Shown: positions 46,476-56,842, numbered from the stretch's first letter. The stretch is DNA of 64,000 nt from Bdellovibrionales bacterium RIFOXYD12_FULL_39_22 (GCA_001770205.1 MEQL01000051.1:1-64000), one strand, 5' to 3'. Notes: generated from the letters alone by a model not told the origin. A program made the numbers and translations.

Positions 46476-47323
46476 TTTTGTTCGCCTCTACTTCCCAATA
46501 CTTTTGAATAAACAGTATTTTTCATCGGTGCAAAAAGATTTGTGTATGCAAAAAGATTCTCACTATGTCCAATTACTAAAAAACCACTATCTTCTAAATT
46601 TTGATGAAACATTTCCATAATATGTTTTTTGGTACTCTCATCAAAATAGATCATTACATTGCGACAAAAAATTATGTCCAATCTATTTTTTAAAGGATAA
46701 CGACTATCCAATAAATTAATTCGCTTAAAGGTGACCAGTCGGCGCACCTCATCTTTAACCTGCATTATCCCCTCAGAAGGTGTCTGAAAATATTTGTCTG
46801 ATAAACTTTTTGGAACCTTCTTTAAAATATCTTCTCGCCTATACTGCCCAGTCTGCGCTTTTTTTAATACATCAGTATTTATGTCGGAGGCCAAAATTTT
46901 TATATCAACCCCTCGCATCCCCTTAAAATACTCTAACGCCGAAATGGCGATAGAATAAGGTTCTTCCCCTGAAGAACAGGCCGAACTCCAAATTCGCAGA
47001 CTGTTTTTTTTACCACTTTTAATTTTTTCCTCGATGGATGGAAAGGCCTTGTTGGCCAAAAAGTCAAAATGCTGCGTTTCGCGAAAAAAATAGGTCTCGT
47101 TGGTGGTTATCTTGTTAATAAATTTATCCAACTCAGCTCCAGCATTATCTGATTTTTCCAAATAATTAATATAGTCTGAGAAAGATTCCAATTTTAAATC
47201 TCGTAACCTGGCCGACAAACGGGATATAACCAGAGTTCTTTTATGCTCTTGCAATTTTATTCCCAGAAGCTTCAGCGTCATATCCTGGAAAACTTTAAAT
47301 TCTCTATCGGTTATTTCTGTCAT
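46472..47323 (-). CDS. cheR: chemotaxis methyltransferase
   Basis: TTNETYFFRE, WSSACSSGEEPYS, FCRNVMIYF. Confidence 0.96.
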   Translation of the reverse strand: MTEITDREFKVFQDMTLKLLGIKLQEHKRTLVISRLSARLRDLKLESFSDYINYLEKSDNAGAELDKFINKITTNETYFFRETQHFDFLANKAFPSIEEKIKSGKKNSLRIWSSACSSGEEPYSIAISALEYFKGMRGVDIKILASDINTDVLKKAQTGQYRREDILKKVPKSLSDKYFQTPSEGIMQVKDEVRRLVTFKRINLLDSRYPLKNRLDIIFCRNVMIYFDESTKKHIMEMFHQNLEDSGFLVIGHSENLFAYTNLFAPMKNTVYSKVLGSRGEQK

Positions 47324-47346
47324 AATAAATTTCGGCCACTATTTTG

Positions 47347-47868
47347 CTAAGCATCATGTTTGAAAATTTTATCTATATCTAAAATAATTATAAATTTTTC
47401 TCCAACCTTACCTACTCCATTTAAAAACTGGGTATCAATATTCATGGCCATTTCTGGCGTTTCTTGAATGGCCGCCTGCTCAATAGTCAACACATCACTT
47501 ATTTTATCAACGATCATACCGATGGTTTTCTCGTGCGTTTTAAAAATGATTATGACTGAGGACTTATTATACTCTACCTCTGGCATACCAAACTTAATTC
47601 GCGGGTCCATAATAGGAATAACGTTACCGCGCAAATTTAAAATCCCTTTAACGTAATGTGGCGTATTAGGCAGTGAAGTCAAAGTTCGATAGGCGGTAAT
47701 CTCCTGCACTTGCTTGATCTCTATCCCATACTCTTCTTGCCCAATGGCAAAGGTTACGTACTGATTACCACCCGAGGTAGAAGAATTTAACAGATTCATT
47801 AACGCTTCTTTAATATCTGCTTTTTTCTGTTTTACCTGTTCTTTTTTTTCTCCCAGTTCTTCGCTCAT
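47347..47868 (-). CDS. cheW: chemotaxis coupling protein
   Basis: EEYGIEI..VQEI, GILNLRGNVIPIMD. Confidence 0.95.
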   Translation of the reverse strand: MSEELGEKKEQVKQKKADIKEALMNLLNSSTSGGNQYVTFAIGQEEYGIEIKQVQEITAYRTLTSLPNTPHYVKGILNLRGNVIPIMDPRIKFGMPEVEYNKSSVIIIFKTHEKTIGMIVDKISDVLTIEQAAIQETPEMAMNIDTQFLNGVGKVGEKFIIILDIDKIFKHDA

Positions 47869-47905
47869 TATTTTTCTCCTTTATTTGCCAGTTATCTATA
47901 ATTAT

Positions 47906-50092
47906 TTAGCGCCCTTTATCGCTGCTGTGGAAAACTAAAACGCTATCACTACTTTGACTATTTTTAAAAAGGGCAACCATCTCAGATGGATCTATGATCG
48001 CGGCAATTCGCCCATTACCCAAAATAGTGGCCCCTGAAAGGCCTGCGGTTTTTTCATAGTTTTCTTCCAAACTTTTTAAAACAACTTGCTGTTGTCCAAT
48101 AATTTCATCAACCAGCAACGAATATTTTTTGTGATCTACATCAATATTTAAAATTAATCCATTGGTAGGATCTTTTTCTGCCCCGGCCACTAGCAAAATA
48201 TCTCCTAATCGGATGAGAGAGTTAGGCTTCCCTCGCACATTAACAAACTCTCCCTTGCCTTCGATGGTTCTAATTTGCTCGCGTCTGGGCCGAAAAATTT
48301 CATTCACCGCTAAAAGTGGAATAATAAATATTTCATTGCCAACTCTAAAAAGTAATCCATCAATAATTGCTAATGTCAGAGGTAATCTAATTACAAAAGA
48401 AGTACCAACTCCTCGCTCCGTATGAATATCGATCGAACCTCGCAACTCAGAGATGGCACGTTTTACGACATCCATTCCCACCCCACGGCCAGAAACATCG
48501 GTAACTACTTTGGCAGTAGAAAATCCTGGACGAAAAATCATCTGGTAAATCTGATCGTCAGTAACTGCTTCGTTTTTTTCAATCAACCCTTTTTCTATGG
48601 CCTTTTGCAAAATTGCCTCTCGATCAAGTCCTTTGCCATCGTCCGAGATCTCGATAAAAATCCCTCCCTCTTTTTGATAGGCCTTTAAATGGACAATCGC
48701 TTCTGCGGCCTTACCTAGACGAGTGCGCTCTTCTGGCATTTCAATGCCATGATCAATACTATTGCGGACTAGATGCTTAAGAGGATTGTTAATCTGTTCA
48801 ATAATATTTTTATCCAATTCCGTTTCCTGTCCCGTTAAAACTAAGCGAATATTTTTCCCTTGTTTTTTAGAGAGATCACGAACCATGCGATGGAATTGGG
48901 AAAAAACAGAATCCACAGGTACCATGCGCGTATTCATGGCACGATCTTGCAAATCATTAACGATGCGTGAAGTCTCTTCGCACTGCGAAACCATAAGTCT
49001 GCGCAAAGTACTATCGGAAATATCTTGCGCCAGAGTGCGTAATCTTGATTCATTAATTATTAGCTCTCCAATTAAATTAACTAGGGAGTCTAATTTTTCA
49101 ATATCCACCCTTACGGTGGTTGGAATATTTTTTCGCGCATTTTCCTGATCGGCCAAGGCCTTCTGAACATCTTCTTCACTAACTTTATTTTTAGCAATTA
49201 AAATATCACCCATGCGCTGCTGAGTTTCTGCCACTGCCGCAACTGTTTCTTCATCGACCTTTCCTCGGGCAATTAAAATATCTCCAATACGTTTTTCTGA
49301 AATTAATTTTTCATGTCCGGCCTCGGTATAACGGCCAGAAACATCAAAAATTTTGATATCACTTCGCCCTTTTACAAAAACAAATACGGCCATCAACTGC
49401 TCTTCACTAACGGTTGTTTTTAAAATTATCTCCCAAGAAAGATACAATTTTTCAAAATCAAAACGATCTACTTCCGGAATCATGTCTGTATTACAGGAAA
49501 TATTAATAATTTCGCCTTGTGCCTTCAGCTCTTGGATAAGATATAAAGGATCTGTTCCGGTGGTAAAAAGTTCTGGATCTAGGCGCAAAATAAGCTGGAA
49601 ATATTTGGCCGGTTTGGGATTGCTAGAAGTAGACACTGAAGGCAGCGGCACAGCAACGGCAGACGTGGCAGTTACCATTCCCGTGCCTGACTGCAAACGT
49701 GTCACGGCATTTGCCGCTTCTGAACCAATTTTATCTGGCACATCTTTTTGATTAGTGATTAGATACGTTAAATCATTTTTTATATCACTCGTGGCCGCAA
49801 ACATTAGATTAATCGTTTCGCTATTTAGTGGAGTCTTTTTGGATTTTATCAACTCTAAAGCAGATTCCAGGGAGTGGACAAATTTGGTCATATTATTGTA
49901 CCCCAAAGTGGCCGTACTGGCCTTCAGAGAGTGAATAATTCGAAAAATATCTCCAATTATGGGATAGAGCATATCTAGATCTTGAGAGGAATCCAAAAAT
50001 TCAAAGTTTTTATCCAAGGCCGCAATAAATTCCTGCGCCTCTTCTGCGAAAACTCTTATTAGCCTCTCGTTGTAATCGTTCTGATCACTCAT
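47906..50092 (-). CDS. cheA: chemotaxis histidine kinase with tandem MshEN-like motifs
   Basis: P1 (IFRIIHSLK), TVRVDIEKLD, HLVRNSIDHG, SGRGVGMDVV, P5; start 50092. Confidence 0.96.
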   Translation of the reverse strand: MSDQNDYNERLIRVFAEEAQEFIAALDKNFEFLDSSQDLDMLYPIIGDIFRIIHSLKASTATLGYNNMTKFVHSLESALELIKSKKTPLNSETINLMFAATSDIKNDLTYLITNQKDVPDKIGSEAANAVTRLQSGTGMVTATSAVAVPLPSVSTSSNPKPAKYFQLILRLDPELFTTGTDPLYLIQELKAQGEIINISCNTDMIPEVDRFDFEKLYLSWEIILKTTVSEEQLMAVFVFVKGRSDIKIFDVSGRYTEAGHEKLISEKRIGDILIARGKVDEETVAAVAETQQRMGDILIAKNKVSEEDVQKALADQENARKNIPTTVRVDIEKLDSLVNLIGELIINESRLRTLAQDISDSTLRRLMVSQCEETSRIVNDLQDRAMNTRMVPVDSVFSQFHRMVRDLSKKQGKNIRLVLTGQETELDKNIIEQINNPLKHLVRNSIDHGIEMPEERTRLGKAAEAIVHLKAYQKEGGIFIEISDDGKGLDREAILQKAIEKGLIEKNEAVTDDQIYQMIFRPGFSTAKVVTDVSGRGVGMDVVKRAISELRGSIDIHTERGVGTSFVIRLPLTLAIIDGLLFRVGNEIFIIPLLAVNEIFRPRREQIRTIEGKGEFVNVRGKPNSLIRLGDILLVAGAEKDPTNGLILNIDVDHKKYSLLVDEIIGQQQVVLKSLEENYEKTAGLSGATILGNGRIAAIIDPSEMVALFKNSQSSDSVLVFHSSDKGR

Positions 50093-50093
50093 T

Positions 50094-51770
50094 TTAAAAA
50101 TCCTCACCATTATCTAAAGATCCAGCACTACTTTGTGCTAAAATTGACTCCACTACATCCTCGCCACCACTTGAAGCTTTCTTGACGGCCTTGGAGGAAG
50201 CGGCCGGGGCAGGTACTGCCGCTTCTGTTTTTTTCGGCGCACTACTTAAAACTTCGGCCTTCACCACTACTTCCTCTTTTTTTCTTACCTCAACATGTGA
50301 CACCTTCTTTTCTTTGGTAGGCGTGGAAACTGAGGCCTTGCTCTTTTGACGTCCACCATTTTCATCTGCCAATTGCGTTGTAACTAGAATTTTCATCTGC
50401 CGCGCATCGGTGCTTAAATTTTCCGAAGAGGCAGAAATCTCTTCTACTAGTGAGGAGTTTTGCTGCGTAACAGAATCAAGCTCCATTACTGCTTTATTGA
50501 TTTGCTCAATTCCGGCATATTGTTCTTTTGAGGCCGCAGAAATTTCTCCCATAATGTCGGAAACTTGTTGAATGCTAGAAGTTATCTCTTTTAGCTTATT
50601 GGCATTATCCGTAACGAGCACTGCTCCTCGCTTTACTTTATCCAAACTATTATCAATCAAACTTTTTATATCTTTGGCGGCCTCCGATGAACGCTGTGCC
50701 AAATCACGTACCTCAATGGCCACCACGGCAAAGCCCTTGCCCTGTTCTCCGGCCTTGGCCGCTTCAATTGCCGCATTAATCGCTAAAATATTAGTTTGAA
50801 AGGAGATCTCTTCTACTAAATTTACAATTTCTGCTATCTTACCACTACTAGAAGCAATCTCACTCATGGCCTGCTGAACATTGGTAGAAAGCACATTACC
50901 ATCATTGGCCACAAGTACTGCTTGTGAAGAGAGTTGACTAGCACGCTGAGCATTATCTGTTGTCTGTTTTACAGTAGAAGTAATCTCCTCTAAGGTGGAG
51001 GCCGTCTCCTCTAGTGATGAGGCCTGCTCTTGGGTTCGTGATGATAACTCTTGATTGCCTGAGGCAATTTGTGCGGAAGTGTTTGTAATACTTTCCACCG
51101 AAGTCAAAAAAAGCTGGCCGACTTTTTTGACGGAAGAGTTCAAAAAGAAACTTAGTGCCATGGCAATAGCAAAAACCATAAATCCAAGGGTGATAATTAG
51201 CGTAATTACCTTTTCTTGCTCTTGCACTTTGGCCGTATATATCTCAATTTCTCCTTCTAATGTCTGGACAATTTTCTCTGATTTGCCTAAATATGAAGAA
51301 TAAAATCCATCTATTTTTTCATCCAAAGCAGCAAAAACTGTATTATCAGCATGTCCTACAATGGCCGCCCGCAGCTCTTGCTCAATCGTTTGCGCCAAGG
51401 AGTGAATTAGTTCCTTTAGTTGCGCAATTTCTTGTTTTTGTGCCATCTCAAATTTTAATTTATCTATTTCTTCTTCCGCTACCGTAATTCTTTTTTTAAT
51501 ATCTAAAAAATCTACATCTGTCTCCTCCCATACTTTTTCTTTCTCTTTTTTTACAATTACATCCATCGCAAGCAAAGTCAGTTCCCGGCCAATTTTTTCT
51601 AAATTTTTTAAAACAAAAATTTCATTTTGATGTTCCATCTGGACATGAAATGCTTCAATTAAACGATCAATTGACATTATGCTAATTCCCATCACCACCA
51701 CAAAAATAAAAATCATAACAAGAAAAGCGGCATTGATTTTACCGCCAACTTTCATCTTACCTACGTTCAT
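50094..51770 (-). CDS. methyl-accepting chemotaxis protein
   Basis: Two TMs, signalling tip QTNILAINAAIEAAKAGEQGKGFAVVA, long C-terminal tail ending NGEDF. Confidence 0.95.
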   Translation of the reverse strand: MNVGKMKVGGKINAAFLVMIFIFVVVMGISIMSIDRLIEAFHVQMEHQNEIFVLKNLEKIGRELTLLAMDVIVKKEKEKVWEETDVDFLDIKKRITVAEEEIDKLKFEMAQKQEIAQLKELIHSLAQTIEQELRAAIVGHADNTVFAALDEKIDGFYSSYLGKSEKIVQTLEGEIEIYTAKVQEQEKVITLIITLGFMVFAIAMALSFFLNSSVKKVGQLFLTSVESITNTSAQIASGNQELSSRTQEQASSLEETASTLEEITSTVKQTTDNAQRASQLSSQAVLVANDGNVLSTNVQQAMSEIASSSGKIAEIVNLVEEISFQTNILAINAAIEAAKAGEQGKGFAVVAIEVRDLAQRSSEAAKDIKSLIDNSLDKVKRGAVLVTDNANKLKEITSSIQQVSDIMGEISAASKEQYAGIEQINKAVMELDSVTQQNSSLVEEISASSENLSTDARQMKILVTTQLADENGGRQKSKASVSTPTKEKKVSHVEVRKKEEVVVKAEVLSSAPKKTEAAVPAPAASSKAVKKASSGGEDVVESILAQSSAGSLDNGEDF

Positions 51771-51826
51771 AGAATCATCTCCTAATTTTCATTTCATTAC
51801 ATGCATTTCCTCTAAATATCGCAAAA

Positions 51827-52219
51827 CTACTTTTTTAAAAATTTTAAAATTATTTTGGCAATCTCTTCTGGATCAAGTGGCTTGGTGATCCACCCTGCCG
51901 CCCCTAGATTTTTCCCTTGCATCTTAACATTAAAATCAGTCTCGGTAGTCAAAACTAAAATGGGAATATATTTGGTTGCCGGATTGCTTTTTAGTTTAGC
52001 AATAAGCTCAATCCCGTTCATATTTGGCATATTAATATCGGTGATAATCACATCGGGAATAATATTTGCTTCCACCGAATTGATTATCTGATTTAGGCCA
52101 TCTAATCCATCACTAGCGATAATAACATCGGCCTTTAAAATAGTTGCCGTCTCTTCAAAAATCATTCGATTCATTTTAGAATCATCAATTCCTGCAAAGG
52201 TTATTTTTTTTGTACTCAT
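51827..52219 (-). CDS. cheY: single-domain chemotaxis response regulator
   Basis: DDS, ITDINMPNMNG, LTTE, GWITKP; within the che cluster. Confidence 0.88.
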   Translation of the reverse strand: MSTKKITFAGIDDSKMNRMIFEETATILKADVIIASDGLDGLNQIINSVEANIIPDVIITDINMPNMNGIELIAKLKSNPATKYIPILVLTTETDFNVKMQGKNLGAAGWITKPLDPEEIAKIILKFLKK

Positions 52220-53025
52220 AATAGTCGCCCCTCAACTCCTAGTTCACGCAAAACCGTTAAAACGCTCTCTGTTTGACAAGAAATTCTAACGCTATATTGT
52301 GTAGATTTTTTTAAAGCGAGTAACCATTGAATCCCCGCGGTATCAATACTCTCCATTTTTAAAACCATATTATACTTACCACTCTCTTCTAACGTAATTT
52401 TATCCATAACCGCTTTCAATCTAGATATGACTAAATCGTCAACCACCTCCAGCACCGCACCAACCTCTTCGGTAATGGCAATTTTTTTCATTTCCACAAT
52501 CATCTCTTTAACCTTTTGCTCATTACTTTTGTCTATCTCCAAATGCTCGGCGATCTCATTATTGATAGCTTTAGCTGCATCTGTCTTTGCAAGTATTTCG
52601 ATATTGTCGCGCGAAATTTCTGTCGAAGCCGAGTGGACTACCTCTACACCTGTGCCCAGAATAGAAGAAATTCTGGCCGCAACATCTGCAACATCCGGCA
52701 TGAAGGCCAAATCTTTCCCCAATCCTTCAAGCCATGATTCCAGTGTAGTATGAACATCCAAAAATAGATCAATATGCTCACTAGATAGTTGTAACTTTTT
52801 TTCTCGCAAAAGATTTATGACATCTTCCACTTTGTGAACAAAATTACCTAATGAGTCAAGGCCCACCATTTTGGAAGACCCTTTAATATTGTGGGCATAA
52901 CGAAAAAGTTCATCAAAATCAGTCGGCACTGGATTTTGCTCTAGACGCAAACAAACTGCCTCCCACTTAGGAAACATCTCCAATACTTCCTCAAAGAAAA
53001 AATTTAGCATTTCATTATCGGCCAT
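52216..53025 (-). CDS. Hpt (CheA-P1-like) plus STAS-like fusion protein
   Basis: ELFRYAHNIKGSS...FVHKVED at the N-terminus; ESIDTAGIQWLLAL STAS-like C-terminus. Confidence 0.8.
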   Translation of the reverse strand: MADNEMLNFFFEEVLEMFPKWEAVCLRLEQNPVPTDFDELFRYAHNIKGSSKMVGLDSLGNFVHKVEDVINLLREKKLQLSSEHIDLFLDVHTTLESWLEGLGKDLAFMPDVADVAARISSILGTGVEVVHSASTEISRDNIEILAKTDAAKAINNEIAEHLEIDKSNEQKVKEMIVEMKKIAITEEVGAVLEVVDDLVISRLKAVMDKITLEESGKYNMVLKMESIDTAGIQWLLALKKSTQYSVRISCQTESVLTVLRELGVEGRLL

Positions 53026-53041
53026 GACTTCCTCTTTTAAG

Positions 53042-54382
53042 CTAAACTTTAGCTAAAACATCTAGCAGTCCCTGCAATGGGGCCCTAAAATTTCCTTTCC
53101 CATACTTTTTAGAAAAATCATTTTTTATTTTAGTCAAAAACTCCGCATTCAATTCCTGACAGCAAACTCTGTTTACAAAATCCTCGGCCACTATAAAGAT
53201 ACAGCCTATTTGCAATACGGCCGTCGGCCCTAGTCCTCGCGGAAAACCTCTTCCGTCAGGCCGTTCGTGATGAGATAAAATTATCGAACTAACATCTGGG
53301 AGCAAATCTTTTATTTTCGTTGCTAAATTAGCAGCAACAATTGGATGTTTTTTAATCTTCTCTTTTGTTTTCCAATCCAACGGAGAATTTTTTTCATCAT
53401 TTAAATCTTCTACTCGCGCCAACTCCTCACTATCTAGCGCAATGTCATGCAAAATAGCGGCAATACTTAGTTGTTGCAGTGTTGTCTTTGAATCACAGCG
53501 CATCTTATTGGCAATAAGGCCCGAAATATAAGAGATCATCAGGCAGTGGCCATAGAGATAACCCTTCTCTTTCATCATACTCATAACAGTATCTTTGAGC
53601 GCCGGGGCCTTATTGATAGTACGAATAGAGGTGGTAGAAACTTCATTTAACACGGCCACCGTACTTTGTTCCACATTTAAATGGCGAATCAGATCATGCA
53701 CTACTGCAATATCTTTTTCTGAAACATCAATCTCTTCACTATTGGCCTTCGCATCATCACGGGCCACCGCAACTGAAGAACGTAAGGTAGTGTAGACAAA
53801 ACTAGAAAAAGTGGCGAAATCACCTTCTTGCACAAAAAGATATTTTATTCCCTTGCCCTTATACTTTTCGATAATTTCCTGAGAGTACATCTCATCTTTA
53901 TTTATGATTTTAATCACTTTGTTGTCAGATAATTTAATAAAAACATCACAAGGAAGTGAATTAAATTTTTTAAAACGCTCTATACTCACCCGTACATATT
54001 TACCAATCTCTTTTTCTTCTTTTTTGGCCAGAGTGTCCTTAATGGCCTCTATCAAATCTTCTGCTGGCGCCGAAGCAGGAATATAACGATTAAGCGGATT
54101 GAGCAGATAAAAATCTTTGTCACATACCTCTTCATCGGATTTACTGGTGTACCATACAAAAACTACTTCCGAGCCAAGCTTCTCTTGAATTGATTTAAAA
54201 ATTACTGCTCCATTTCCATCTTTAAAAACAAATTCTGAAATTACTACATCGGGTATATTCCTTTGCAATACTTCCAAGGTCTCCGACACTGAAGAAGTTC
54301 TTATCACCTCAATAGCTGGATCAAGTTGAAGTTTATTAATATCTACTGCAATTCCCGCTAGCAATACCTTCATTTTCATCAA
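53042..54382 (-). CDS. degenerate REC plus HD-GYP-like protein
   Basis: REC lacking the phospho-Asp (VVISEF); ILHDIAL, KKHP, HHERPDGRGFPRGL. Confidence 0.82.
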   Translation of the reverse strand: MMKMKVLLAGIAVDINKLQLDPAIEVIRTSSVSETLEVLQRNIPDVVISEFVFKDGNGAVIFKSIQEKLGSEVVFVWYTSKSDEEVCDKDFYLLNPLNRYIPASAPAEDLIEAIKDTLAKKEEKEIGKYVRVSIERFKKFNSLPCDVFIKLSDNKVIKIINKDEMYSQEIIEKYKGKGIKYLFVQEGDFATFSSFVYTTLRSSVAVARDDAKANSEEIDVSEKDIAVVHDLIRHLNVEQSTVAVLNEVSTTSIRTINKAPALKDTVMSMMKEKGYLYGHCLMISYISGLIANKMRCDSKTTLQQLSIAAILHDIALDSEELARVEDLNDEKNSPLDWKTKEKIKKHPIVAANLATKIKDLLPDVSSIILSHHERPDGRGFPRGLGPTAVLQIGCIFIVAEDFVNRVCCQELNAEFLTKIKNDFSKKYGKGNFRAPLQGLLDVLAKV

Positions 54383-54626
54383 GTGAACCCTTGCAATAAG
54401 TTTATATAACTATCTGCACTATATTAATTTTACACGAGAGGTATCGGTGGAAGAAAGATAAATAATTACAAAACGATAAAAATAATATCATAATTTAGTA
54501 TAGGTATTTTTATACCTCTTTTACTAAATACCCGAGGATTGACGAGGGTTATTTTTATATTTTTTATTCCTACCAATAGGCAGTACCGGATCATTTGCTT
54601 CGGATTTACTTGAAATAGAGTTACAT

Positions 54627-54788
54627 CTAATTAACCGGAGAAAATTCGCTTTTACTAGCTCCACAGTCTGGACATTCCCAATCAGCAGGAACTTCTTCCC
54701 ACTCAGTACCGGCCGCAACATCATAATCAGGATCTCCCTTTTTTGGATTATAAATATACCCACAAACATTACAAACATATTTCTTCAT
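54627..54788 (-). CDS. rubredoxin (not in the ORF track)
   Basis: [63 protein letters not shown]. Confidence 0.95.
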   Translation of the reverse strand: MKKYVCNVCGYIYNPKKGDPDYDVAAGTEWEEVPADWECPDCGASKSEFSPVN

Positions 54789-54825
54789 ATACGCCAAACC
54801 TCCTTACCGTTAATCGTTTAACTTA

Positions 54826-56091
54826 CTATGATCTCTTTTTATAATCTTGGGAAGATTTTTTTAGTAAAATGCCTTTAAGATAGCTTCCCTCAGGAAAACC
54901 TTTTTTAGTCGGACAATCCTCCGCTAGGCCTATAAGACGTTCTACGAAAAAAACATTTGCTAATTTTTTTTGCTGCAAAATTTGCAAAATTTTATTTTCA
55001 AACTTCTTAGCAGAAACAGTGTGAGTATTTAAAAAGATCAACAAATGGCCATCGACAGATAGCAGTTTTTCCATCTTGGGTATCATTTTTTCATAATTGG
55101 ATAACGCCGAAGATATTTTTTGGCCATCTGAAGAAGCAGAAGGAGGATCACAAACTATCAGATCAAAACGCTCTTCTTTTTTCAGTAACTCTTCTAATCC
55201 TTTTTCCACTGAAACATTTAAGCCGTTGTGGATAAAGGAAGTAGGAAAATGGTTAGCGGCCATATTTTCTTCCAACCAACCTAGATATTTGCGTGAAATA
55301 TCCACCGAGGTAATAGAGGCCACACCACAAGACGCGGCCAGCAAAGAAAATGCACCAGTATAAGCGTAAAGATTTAAAACAGACGAAGACTTTTTAAATA
55401 ATGGAATAAGTTTTTTACGAATAGAGGCCATATCGGTGTAAAGGCCAAAATCATATCCTTCCCCCAAACGAATAAAATAGTTAACAGAAAACTCTTGCAA
55501 AGAAAATAGTGGTGGTAACGGTGTACTATTTATCTGCGAGGCCGGTTTTGTCAGCTGATGCAAAACAACTTTTTTATCATGACTTCGCCGCTGAACATAG
55601 AGATAAAATTTTTTGGAAGGGAAATGGCCGGCCAAGGAAGATAACAAAAAGGAACTAAGCAAATCTTCAAACTTATACCAAAAATCAGTATAATACTGAA
55701 AAAGTAAAACCGACCCCAATTGTTGAACAAAAAGTCCGGGTAACTCATCTCCTTCTCCAAAAATTAAAAAGTAATTCTCTCTTTCTTGTGCCGCTATTAA
55801 TTCAAGGCGCCTAACTAGTGCGGACTCAATTCGAAAGGATAGCTCCTGTGCAAAATTAAAAACCAATTTCTCGTTGGATGGTAAGAATCGCCATAAACGT
55901 GCTTTTATCTGTTTATGAGAAGGAGAATTTAGTAAGAGTGCTAGTGGGCGGCCCTCTTCATCTGTGCCTTGCAAAAAATCAACGCTGACGGGAAATTTTT
56001 TGGTAAAAGAATCTTCCGTAATCCAAAAATGGCCTTGTCTTAGCGCCTTGATGGCCAGAGGATGTAATTTAACCTGAGGAATGCTACTCAC
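54826..56091 (-). CDS. RlmI/RlmK-like class I SAM-dependent rRNA methyltransferase
   Basis: GDELPGL, GLYTDM, VLNLYAYTGAFS, FDLIVCDPPS, PEGSYLK. Confidence 0.88.
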   Translation of the reverse strand: MSSIPQVKLHPLAIKALRQGHFWITEDSFTKKFPVSVDFLQGTDEEGRPLALLLNSPSHKQIKARLWRFLPSNEKLVFNFAQELSFRIESALVRRLELIAAQERENYFLIFGEGDELPGLFVQQLGSVLLFQYYTDFWYKFEDLLSSFLLSSLAGHFPSKKFYLYVQRRSHDKKVVLHQLTKPASQINSTPLPPLFSLQEFSVNYFIRLGEGYDFGLYTDMASIRKKLIPLFKKSSSVLNLYAYTGAFSLLAASCGVASITSVDISRKYLGWLEENMAANHFPTSFIHNGLNVSVEKGLEELLKKEERFDLIVCDPPSASSDGQKISSALSNYEKMIPKMEKLLSVDGHLLIFLNTHTVSAKKFENKILQILQQKKLANVFFVERLIGLAEDCPTKKGFPEGSYLKGILLKKSSQDYKKRS

Positions 56092-56098
56092 AAACTCT

Positions 56099-56842
56099 CT
56101 ATTTTTTCGGAATAAAGGCGGTTATTTTTTTCTTCACCACAAAAGCATGAATAAATTTTCGCTCATTTTCACTTAGCGATAAGAATTTAATCCCGATTCC
56201 AGCAGGAGCATCAACAGTATCCTTTTTGCGCACCCAGGCAACTTCGCCAACTCCTTTCAAATGAGATATTTCTTCTCCTGTAAAGGAAATCTCAAACTCT
56301 ACTTTATGCCCAATTTCCACTGCTGCCGTGGTTCTAACAAAAATACCGCCCTGTCCAATATTAAGCACACTAAATGATCTCGCTTCTTCTAGTGAATCCA
56401 GCGACAGTTTTATATCCATTTCAACATCTAATCGATCATACTCTCTGGTATAAGTTGGTAACTTAGAAAGGCCCTCATTAATGGCCTTTTCAAAACTTTC
56501 AAAAGAAAATGGTTTTTTAATAAAAGAACATACCCCGCGTGCATACAAATCATCTAAATCCACATCATAGCCTGACATAAAAACTACAATTGGCTTAAGA
56601 GGATAAAACATCTTAACTCGATCTAAAAGTTCTGGCCCATTAAACTCTCCAGGCATTTCCACATCACTTATAATTAGATCAATATCATTTCCTTTTTCTG
56701 CAATGATCTTAAGTGCCTCCTCTCCATTTCTTGCATGCAAAGTGCTATGGCCTTCGTGCAATAATATTTCGGCCACTAATTCACGAACTCCATCATCATC
56801 ATCAACAATCAAAACAACTTTTTTTTGCACATTCCCATTCAT
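56099..56842 (-). CDS. response regulator REC-PilZ
   Basis: REC (DDD, SDVEMP) followed by REYDR and NIGQGG PilZ motifs, GIGIKF. Confidence 0.88.
   Translation of the reverse strand: MNGNVQKKVVLIVDDDDGVRELVAEILLHEGHSTLHARNGEEALKIIAEKGNDIDLIISDVEMPGEFNGPELLDRVKMFYPLKPIVVFMSGYDVDLDDLYARGVCSFIKKPFSFESFEKAINEGLSKLPTYTREYDRLDVEMDIKLSLDSLEEARSFSVLNIGQGGIFVRTTAAVEIGHKVEFEISFTGEEISHLKGVGEVAWVRKKDTVDAPAGIGIKFLSLSENERKFIHAFVVKKKITAFIPKK

Noticed and set aside
54383..54626. c-di-GMP riboswitch upstream of the HD-GYP/che operon
   Set aside because: Only weak hairpins; the GEMM consensus elements are not present.
54524..54778. 84-aa ORF in the track
   Set aside because: Alternative frame overlapping the real rubredoxin gene.
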